A DNA stretch of 43,588 nt from a bacterium (GTDB lineage: Bacteria; Margulisbacteria; Marinamargulisbacteria; GCA-2716485; GCA-002719695). Below, one piece after another: positions 36,380-43,588 of the stretch (positions are counted from its first letter, which is position 1; each line of letters opens with the position of its first letter). The stretch lies in assembly GCA_002719695.1 (NCBI GenBank), contig PBEQ01000008.1, positions 14,725 through 58,312 of the forward strand, in the 5' to 3' direction. The translations under genes and the position numbers were made by a program. The notes beneath the pieces are model-generated. The model saw nothing but the letters and a program-made list of their open reading frames with translations. It was not told where the DNA came from and searched no databases.

Positions 36380-36407
36380 TTGCTAAATATACTAATTATC
36401 TTATCAT
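36380..36407 (+). promoter_or_regulatory. Candidate sigma70-type promoter for the cmoA-like/atp run
   Basis: TTGCTA (36380-36385), 16-nt spacer, TATCAT (36402-36407) in the short divergent intergenic region. The AT-rich context weakens the match. Confidence 0.35.
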
Positions 36408-36416
36408 GTGTTTATT

Positions 36417-37151
36417 ATGAGGGATATGTTATTTAAAAAGCCTTATTTTTCTGATGGAGAATTTTGCTTTAACCAAGATGTTGTTACTGTATTTGATGAT
36501 ATGGTTTCTCGTAGCGTTCCGTTTTACCAAGAACTATTGGTGCTTATGAGTCACTTTGTCTATGATTATTTTAAATCATATAATTCCGTTTCAATTTATG
36601 ATTTAGGATGCTCTACTGGCAATTTCTTAAAATGCCTTCTAAACCAAAATTTAAATAGTTTTGTTAGGTATCATGGTATTGATAGTAGTTCTGATATGTT
36701 GTCCACATTAGATAGTTTTCAAATAGATGCATCAATTGGGCAAGTATCATTAATTCAACATGATTTAAATAATTTTATTTCATTTAACTCTATGGATGTT
36801 TGTCTATTTAATTTAGTATTACAGTTTATTAAGCCTCAAAATAGGTTGGCATTGATTCGTAATTGCTATGAATCATTATCACCAGGAGGTATTAGTTTTG
36901 TTGTTGAAAAAGTTGTTAGTCCAAACAACGATATTCAGTCATGGTTTACAAAGCAGTATCATTCTTTTAAAAAACAAAATGGCTATTCATCTGAAGAGAT
37001 CATTAATAAAGAAAGTGCCTTAAATAATGTTTTAGTCCCCTTAAGTATGGAGCAAAATAGTAAGTTGTTACATGATGCGGGATTTAAAACTGTGCAACCT
37101 TTTTTCCAATGGCTTAATTTTTTTGGTATTCTTGCAATTAAGGAGCGATAA
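36417..37151 (+). CDS. cmoA: CmoA-like SAM-dependent enzyme (carboxy-SAM synthase family)
   Basis: RDMLF, FCFNQDVVTVFDDMVSRSVPFY, YDLGCSTG, LQFI, FKKQNGYS and FFQWLNF align with E. coli CmoA. Start taken as ATG 36417 (track: GTG 36408). Function may differ; see findings. Confidence 0.75.
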   Translation: MRDMLFKKPYFSDGEFCFNQDVVTVFDDMVSRSVPFYQELLVLMSHFVYDYFKSYNSVSIYDLGCSTGNFLKCLLNQNLNSFVRYHGIDSSSDMLSTLDSFQIDASIGQVSLIQHDLNNFISFNSMDVCLFNLVLQFIKPQNRLALIRNCYESLSPGGISFVVEKVVSPNNDIQSWFTKQYHSFKKQNGYSSEEIINKESALNNVLVPLSMEQNSKLLHDAGFKTVQPFFQWLNFFGILAIKER

Positions 37152-37156
37152 CGCTT

Positions 37157-37363
37157 GTGAAAAAAAAAGTATGGAATAAATATATTAATTTGCTGATTCG
37201 ATTAGGGTTATCTATGTTAGCAAGTATTTTTATTTTTTTTTCTATGGGATTGTTTTTAGCTAACTATTTACCTTATGCGGAGGTTTTAATTGTTGGAGGA
37301 ACATTAATAGGTGTGTTTGTAGGGTTTTATTTAATTTATGTTCAGCTAAAAGGTTTTTTTTAA
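37157..37363 (+). CDS. AtpZ/AtpQ-like ATP synthase accessory membrane protein (ATPase gene 1)
   Basis: 68 aa with two TM helices and a GxxxG pattern. First gene of the atp cluster. Confidence 0.7.
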   Translation: MKKKVWNKYINLLIRLGLSMLASIFIFFSMGLFLANYLPYAEVLIVGGTLIGVFVGFYLIYVQLKGFF

Positions 37364-37758
37364 TGTTTGTATTATCAAGAAATTTAAAATTTATAATTAA
37401 TAAGCTACATAAAATTATTTTGATTGAGTTTTCTTTGCTCGGTACAATTTTTTATTTTATCGATAAATCATATATTGGCTCATCATTATTAGGTTTATTA
37501 TTTAGTTTTTTTATCATACTTGATTTTGCTTATGCAGAATATGCTATTTTACATGGAAGAAAGAAAGGCCTGTTTTTTGTTTATTATCTTTCTCGAATCG
37601 TATTGTATGCAATTCCTCTTGTTTTTGGACTAGTGTTTAAAAACTATTTTAATTTTTTTGTAATTTTGATATTCTTATTTTCCTATCAAATTCATTTCAT
37701 AGGGTTTGAATTTTTTAGAAGTTTAAAAAAAATGAAAAGGCAAAATTTTAATGGATAA
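37363..37758 (+). CDS. atpI: ATP synthase protein I
   Basis: 131 aa, about four TM helices, YYLSRIVLY motif, directly upstream of atpB. Confidence 0.75.
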   Translation: MFVLSRNLKFIINKLHKIILIEFSLLGTIFYFIDKSYIGSSLLGLLFSFFIILDFAYAEYAILHGRKKGLFFVYYLSRIVLYAIPLVFGLVFKNYFNFFVILIFLFSYQIHFIGFEFFRSLKKMKRQNFNG

Positions 37759-38605
37759 ACTTGGTGAAGTATCACAGGCTACGTTGACGTTATTTGGGTT
37801 GTCGATAACCTATAATCCTATTACTTTCTTAATGACTTGGGTTGTGATTTTGTTTATATTAGTTTCTGCCTTAGCTGCAAGAAAAAAAATGTCTTTAGTT
37901 CCAGGTTTTTTACAGTCTATTTTTGAATTAATCTATGACTTTTTAAAAGATATTACGCTAGGTACTTTAGGTGATGAAGATGGTCGAAAGCATCTTCCTT
38001 TTATAATTTCTTTATTTGTTTTTATTTTGTGTGCTAATTGGATTGGTATATTGCCAAACGTATTTGCTATGTTTGGAACATTGCTCGGTGTGGTTTTTTC
38101 GTTTTTTGATTCATCCATTATAGTTACTTTTAATTCATTAATTGACATTAGTTTGTCTATTCCTGAAAATCGTTGGTTTTCATTTTTGTTTGATCTTCCT
38201 GCGTTTGAGGAGCCTACTCGTTCAGTAAACATGGATTTGGCTTTAGGTTTATTGGTGTTTGCTGCTGTTCAGGCTTATGGTGTTAAAAATAAAGGTTTTT
38301 GGGGGTATTTAAAAAGTTATTATAATGATCCATTTCCAATGAAAGGGTGGATGGCGCTGTTCTTTTTTCTTAATCCGTTTTTCTATTTAAATTTAATTGG
38401 CGCTGTTGCTAATGTTGTTTCTCATTCTTTTCGTTTGTTTGGTAATATTTTTGGTGGCGGTATGATTATTGTGATTGTTTCTAGTTTATTAAAGTTTTTT
38501 ATAGTCCCTGTAGGATTATTTGCTTTTTTTGGTATTTTTGCTGGGTTGGTACAGGCCTTTGTTTTTACAATGTTAGCTGTTACGTACATACAGCAGCAGC
38601 AATAA
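37751..38605 (+). CDS. atpB: ATP synthase Fo subunit a
   Basis: PGFLQSIFE, NWIGILP, SHSFRLFGNI (essential Arg) and VQAFVFTMLAVTY. Confidence 0.95.
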   Translation: MDKLGEVSQATLTLFGLSITYNPITFLMTWVVILFILVSALAARKKMSLVPGFLQSIFELIYDFLKDITLGTLGDEDGRKHLPFIISLFVFILCANWIGILPNVFAMFGTLLGVVFSFFDSSIIVTFNSLIDISLSIPENRWFSFLFDLPAFEEPTRSVNMDLALGLLVFAAVQAYGVKNKGFWGYLKSYYNDPFPMKGWMALFFFLNPFFYLNLIGAVANVVSHSFRLFGNIFGGGMIIVIVSSLLKFFIVPVGLFAFFGIFAGLVQAFVFTMLAVTYIQQQQ

Positions 38606-38616
38606 GGAGATAAGTT

Positions 38617-39324
38617 ATGTTAGTATCTAGTTTGTTTTCTGTTATTGGATCTGGAATAGCGATGGGTCTAGGATCTATAGGTAGTGCTGTTGGGGAGGGA
38701 ATGATTGCTATGAGTGCCGTTGATTCTTTAGGTAGACAGCCGAAAGCATCTCCAAAAATTCTTCGAATTATGATCATTGCACAAGCAGTTACTGAAACTG
38801 CTGCCATTTTTGCGCTTGTGATATCGCTCTTGTTATTGTTTCAAGCAGGTACCGATTCATTGTTTAAAGGTGTAACGTATTTATCGGCAGGGCTTGCCAT
38901 TGGTTTAGGGACAATAGGCGCTGGGCTAGGTGCTGGTTTACCTGGTGCTGCTGCAATGAAAGGGATTGGAAAGCAGCCTAAGAACTCCGATGTGTTAACG
39001 GTGCATATGATTATTGGGCAAGCTGTAACACAAACGTCAACTATATTTGCATTAACAGTTTCATTAATACTTATTATGTTAGCGCCTGATGGAGGTCTTT
39101 TGAAAATGGCAGCTTGTTTGGGAGCTGGGCTTGCAATGGGTTTTGGAGCTGTAGGGCCTGGAATAGGAGATGGGTTAGTAGCTCGGTTTGCAAATTTAGG
39201 TGTTGCGAGAGATCCACGGAATATGGGATTATTAACTCGTACCATGATTATTGGTCAAGCAATTACAGAAACAACAGATATTTATGCAATGGTTGTTTCT
39301 TTAATTTTAATTTTTGTAATATAA
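38617..39324 (+). CDS. atpE: Triplicated ATP synthase c subunit (three helical hairpins)
   Basis: Three c-like units with loops RQP/KQP/RDP and outer-helix motifs AVTETAAIF, AVTQTSTIF and AITETTDIY. AAGGAG RBS. Confidence 0.92.
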   Translation: MLVSSLFSVIGSGIAMGLGSIGSAVGEGMIAMSAVDSLGRQPKASPKILRIMIIAQAVTETAAIFALVISLLLLFQAGTDSLFKGVTYLSAGLAIGLGTIGAGLGAGLPGAAAMKGIGKQPKNSDVLTVHMIIGQAVTQTSTIFALTVSLILIMLAPDGGLLKMAACLGAGLAMGFGAVGPGIGDGLVARFANLGVARDPRNMGLLTRTMIIGQAITETTDIYAMVVSLILIFVI

Positions 39325-39339
39325 AATGGAGGTAAGAAA

Positions 39340-39591
39340 ATGGAAATGATTACAGGAGAACAATTAATTAAAGCTTTAGCTTTATTAGCTGCGGGTTTAT
39401 CAATGGGATTGGGTGCTGTAGGACCTGGTATCGGTGAAGGTTTTGTTGGTGGAAAAGCGTGTGAGTCTATAGGTAGACGACCAGATGAAGCAAACTTAAT
39501 CACAAAAACAATGATTATTGGTCAGGCAATTTCTGAGACAACTGGAATTTATGCTTTGGTTGTTGCTCTTATTTTAATTTTTGTTGTCTAA
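39340..39591 (+). CDS. atpE: ATP synthase Fo subunit c, Na+-binding signature
   Basis: GPGIGEG...RRP...GQAISETTGIY (E33, E66, T67, T68, Y71). GGAGG RBS. Confidence 0.96.
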   Translation: MEMITGEQLIKALALLAAGLSMGLGAVGPGIGEGFVGGKACESIGRRPDEANLITKTMIIGQAISETTGIYALVVALILIFVV

Positions 39592-39603
39592 AGGAGTTTA
39601 GTT

Positions 39604-40089
39604 GTGATTTCAATTAATATTTATGAAATCATCATGCAGATGGTTAATTTTTTAATCTTGCTGTATTTATTGAATCGATTTTTAATTAAACCTTTGTCAG
39701 AATTTATTGAAAAGCGCTCAGGTGATATTAAATCTGATATTGAAACTGCAAAAGAAAATAAAGAGGAATCTTCTAAGTTGTTAGAGGAGCAAAAATCAGT
39801 ATTAAATAATGCAAGACAAGAAGCAAAATCTATTAGAGAAAAAGCTGAGCAAATTTCTCTTAAAGAAAAAGAACAGGTTTTATCTGATGCTAAAAAAGAG
39901 TCAGAACAAATGTTGAAGCAAGCAAGAAAAGACATCGATTTAGTTGTCGATAAAGCAAAAAAAGATTTAGTTAATGAGGTTGGCCACTTGTCGATTACGT
40001 TAGCTGAGACTGTTTTAAAAAGAACGATTGATCATAAGGATAAGGAAACACTTATTTCTGATGGGTTAAACAAGATATCAATATCATGA
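39604..40089 (+). CDS. atpF: ATP synthase Fo subunit b
   Basis: QMVNFLILLYLL...KPL...EKR followed by a charged coiled coil. AAGGAG RBS, GTG start. Confidence 0.95.
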   Translation: MISINIYEIIMQMVNFLILLYLLNRFLIKPLSEFIEKRSGDIKSDIETAKENKEESSKLLEEQKSVLNNARQEAKSIREKAEQISLKEKEQVLSDAKKESEQMLKQARKDIDLVVDKAKKDLVNEVGHLSITLAETVLKRTIDHKDKETLISDGLNKISIS

Positions 40090-40616
40090 AGTATGTATTA
40101 CTTGCATCTCGATATGTAAAAGCATTTTCGAATTGTTTTGATTCGGATTCTGATAAAATTTCTCAATTAAGTATATTAGCAGATGTTATTTCTAAAGTTT
40201 ATCTTGAAAAAGGTGTTGTTGATATGATCAATGATCCAACAGTTACATCCTCTAAAAAGTTTAGTGTTTTATCTTTGTATGTCCCTAGTGGTAATAAGAT
40301 GCTAACTAATTTTCTTTCTCTTTTGATTCAAAAAGATCGATTTTTTCTTTTAGACGATATGGCTACTATTGTTGAATCTATGATTTATGATTTAAAGAAA
40401 GAAGTTCCCGCAACTGTTTATTCATCTGTTTCTTTACAACCTAAAGATAAACAGACGATTCTTGCATATTTAAAATCTTATTTTAAAAAAGATGTGGATT
40501 TAAAAATGATCGTTGATGAATCGATTTTAGCAGGCGTTAAGGTAGAAGCAAACAATACAGTTTTTGATGCAACGCTTGATAATTCATTAAAAAATTTAAA
40601 ATTAGCATTTCAATAA
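40086..40616 (+). CDS. atpH: ATP synthase F1 subunit delta
   Basis: ASRYVKA, NFLSLLIQKDR and VDESILAGV...VFDATL. Position between atpF and atpA. Confidence 0.92.
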   Translation: MKYVLLASRYVKAFSNCFDSDSDKISQLSILADVISKVYLEKGVVDMINDPTVTSSKKFSVLSLYVPSGNKMLTNFLSLLIQKDRFFLLDDMATIVESMIYDLKKEVPATVYSSVSLQPKDKQTILAYLKSYFKKDVDLKMIVDESILAGVKVEANNTVFDATLDNSLKNLKLAFQ

Positions 40617-40631
40617 AAGGAAGGTAATGTT

Positions 40632-42143
40632 ATGAAGTTTAAACCAGAAGAAATTACAGGGGTGATTGAAGATCAAATTAAGAATTTTGATATGAATGTA
40701 GAAGAAAAAGAAACAGGTAAGGTTTTACAGGTTGGAGATGGAATTGCTCGAGTTTATGGTCTTGAAAGTGTTATGTCTGGAGAGTTGGTTAAATTTGCTT
40801 CAGGCGTTCAGGGTGTTGTTTTAAACTTAGAAGAGGATAACGTAGGTGTTGTTATTTTAGGAAACGGTTCTTCGATTAAAGAAGGTGACGTTGTTGAAAG
40901 AACAAAACGTATTATGGATATTCCTGTAGGGGATGCCTTACTTGGTCGTGTTGTTAATCCATTAGGGGAACCGATTGATGGTGTTGGTGATATCGTTACT
41001 GATTTAAGACGACCTATAGAGCGAATTGCTCCCGGTGTTTGTGATAGACAGCCTGTTTCTGAGCCACTACAAACTGGAATTAAATGTATAGATACAATGA
41101 TTCCTGTTGGTAGAGGACAAAGAGAATTGATTATTGGTGATAGAAAGACTGGAAAGACTGCGATTGCTTTAGATACTATTATTAACCAAAAGGGTGGGGA
41201 TATAATCTGTGTTTATGTTGGTATTGGTCAAAAGAAGTCTACTGTATCAAGAGTAATTCAAACTCTAAAAGATCATGGCGCTATGGATTACACTGTTGTT
41301 GTAAATGCAGCTGCTTCTGATTCTGCAACATTACAATACTTAGCACCGTATGCCGGTTGTGCGATTGGTGAAGAATTTCTTGATAATGGTAAACACGTGT
41401 TAGTAGTTTATGATGATTTGTCTAAACATGCCGTTGCATATAGACAGTTATCATTGCTTCTTCGTAGACCACCAGGTAGAGAAGCATTTCCGGGGGATGT
41501 TTTTTATCTTCATTCACGTTTATTAGAGAGAGCACTTAAATATTCTGATGAAAAAGGTGGCGGATCTTTAACTGCTTTACCAATTATCGAAACTCAATCT
41601 GGTGATGTATCTGCTTATATTCCTACCAATGTAATTTCAATTACAGATGGTCAAATTTATTTAGAGTCTAATCTTTTTAACAAAGGAATTCGTCCAGCTG
41701 TTAATCCTGGAATTTCAGTTTCAAGGGTTGGTGGTAGTGCCCAGATAAAAGCAACAAAAAAAGTGTCTGGTAGATTACGATTAGATCTTTCTCAATATTG
41801 GGAAATTGAAGCATTTGCTCAGTTTGGTTCTGATTTAGATTCCGCAACAAAACAACAGTTAGAAAGAGGTAAACGTTTAATTGAAGTTTTAAAGCAAGAT
41901 CAATTTAATCCTTTACGTATATCTCAGCAAATTGTCATTATATATGCAGCTGTTCATGGACATTTAGATGATATAGCACTTGATAAGATAAGTGAATTTG
42001 AAAAAGCAGTGTTTTCACTTTTGAACTCCGAGCATGCTGGTTTGCTTGATAAACTTGAAACTGAAAAAGATTTATCGGATGAAATAGTGACTTCAATTCA
42101 AGAAATTATTAATGAAGTAAGAAAATTGTTTGTAGAAGTATAA
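40632..42143 (+). CDS. atpA: ATP synthase F1 subunit alpha
   Basis: [41 protein letters not shown] and [13 protein letters not shown]. Confidence 0.98.
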   Translation: MKFKPEEITGVIEDQIKNFDMNVEEKETGKVLQVGDGIARVYGLESVMSGELVKFASGVQGVVLNLEEDNVGVVILGNGSSIKEGDVVERTKRIMDIPVGDALLGRVVNPLGEPIDGVGDIVTDLRRPIERIAPGVCDRQPVSEPLQTGIKCIDTMIPVGRGQRELIIGDRKTGKTAIALDTIINQKGGDIICVYVGIGQKKSTVSRVIQTLKDHGAMDYTVVVNAAASDSATLQYLAPYAGCAIGEEFLDNGKHVLVVYDDLSKHAVAYRQLSLLLRRPPGREAFPGDVFYLHSRLLERALKYSDEKGGGSLTALPIIETQSGDVSAYIPTNVISITDGQIYLESNLFNKGIRPAVNPGISVSRVGGSAQIKATKKVSGRLRLDLSQYWEIEAFAQFGSDLDSATKQQLERGKRLIEVLKQDQFNPLRISQQIVIIYAAVHGHLDDIALDKISEFEKAVFSLLNSEHAGLLDKLETEKDLSDEIVTSIQEIINEVRKLFVEV

Positions 42144-42146
42144 ATC

Positions 42147-43007
42147 ATGGCTCAACTCAGAGATATTAAAGATCGAATTAATTCAGTTAAAAAAACTCGT
42201 AAAATGACTCAGGCTATGAAAATGGTTTCTGCTGCTAAGTTTAAACGAAATTCTAAGCAAGCTGTTGCTAGTCGTTTTATTATACATGAGCTAGATTACA
42301 ATATTAATCAAGTTTGTAGTAATGCTGATGGGTTGTTTGATGTTTCTTTAATGCAACCTGTTTCATCGGATCGAGATTTGGTTTTAGTCATTGCTGGTGA
42401 TCGTGGTTTGTGTGGTGGTTTTAACAGTAATATTTTGAAATATGCATCTCACTATATTAATAAGTCTGAAAATGATTGTGACTTAATTCTATTTGGAAAA
42501 AAAGCAATTTCTCATTTTAAAGATCAAAAAGATGCTATCATTGCTACATATGAAAATTTTCAGGAATCACTAGCTATAAATACTATTGATACTATTGTAT
42601 CTGAATGTGCTAATTATTATCTTAGTAAGCAGTATGAACGTATTGTTGTTTTATATAATGAATTTAAAACTGCTGTAGCTACTAATCTTATTTCAAAACA
42701 ATTATTCCCTGTGAAATGGGACACTGATGATGACTGTGATGTGGAAAAAAGTGTTATTATAGAGCCAAGTATTGATGCTGTTCTTGCTGATTTATGCCAG
42801 TCATATGTTAAGTATTCTTTGTATAATGCATTTTTAGAGAGTTCAGCTGCAGAGCAAGGTGCAAGAATGGCTGCTATGGATGCTGCATCCAGTAATGCTG
42901 GGGATATGATCAATGATTTAACATTAATTTATAATAGACAGAGACAAGCTCAAATTACGACTGAGCTTTCAGAAATTGTTGCTGGAGCAGAAGCTCTTGT
43001 CAATTAA
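42147..43007 (+). CDS. atpG: ATP synthase F1 subunit gamma
   Basis: MTQAMKMVSAAK, GDRGLCGGFN, EQGARMAAM and RQAQITTELSEIVAGAEAL. Confidence 0.97.
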   Translation: MAQLRDIKDRINSVKKTRKMTQAMKMVSAAKFKRNSKQAVASRFIIHELDYNINQVCSNADGLFDVSLMQPVSSDRDLVLVIAGDRGLCGGFNSNILKYASHYINKSENDCDLILFGKKAISHFKDQKDAIIATYENFQESLAINTIDTIVSECANYYLSKQYERIVVLYNEFKTAVATNLISKQLFPVKWDTDDDCDVEKSVIIEPSIDAVLADLCQSYVKYSLYNAFLESSAAEQGARMAAMDAASSNAGDMINDLTLIYNRQRQAQITTELSEIVAGAEALVN

Positions 43008-43016
43008 ATTATTTAA

Positions 43017-43588
<572 letters not shown>

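Noticed and set aside
34786-42913. Antisense or alternative-frame ORFs at 34786, 35885, 37933, 38580, 38841, 39114, 39282, 39621 and 42617
   Set aside because: They overlap well-supported M16 peptidase and atp genes and show no independent coding signal.

Overview
AT-rich (roughly 30% GC by eye), gene-dense bacterial chromosomal segment. SepF/YggS together with an outer-membrane beta-barrel and a cyanobacterial-like GDRGLCG motif in ATP synthase gamma suggest a diderm Terrabacteria lineage such as Ca. Margulisbacteria (inference only). Left end: mazG (partial)-sepF-yggS on the minus strand and a DUF218 gene. The centre (2.5-31 kb) is one co-directional, largely translationally coupled run: a protein with a T9SS-CTD/FlgD-like Ig domain, a PorV/FadL-like barrel, a 4786-aa giant, xerD-like recombinase, site-2 protease, a 3547-aa giant and a YkgJ-family protein. 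The two giants are colinear paralogues. Each has a signal peptide, phage-tail-fibre-like GNVGIGT repeats, a YadA-head-like segment and a C-terminal DYAE autocleaving chaperone (peptidase G2-like) plus coiled coil, with no prophage genes nearby, so they look like cell-encoded giant surface fibres. The right part holds ychF, DUF368, an M16 peptidase, a CmoA-like protein with Glu at the Arg199 position, and a Na+-type F1Fo operon. That operon has both a normal c subunit and a triple-hairpin c subunit, and its partial beta subunit reads Gln at the catalytic Glu close to the window edge. No rRNA, tRNA, CRISPR array or IS element was recognised.
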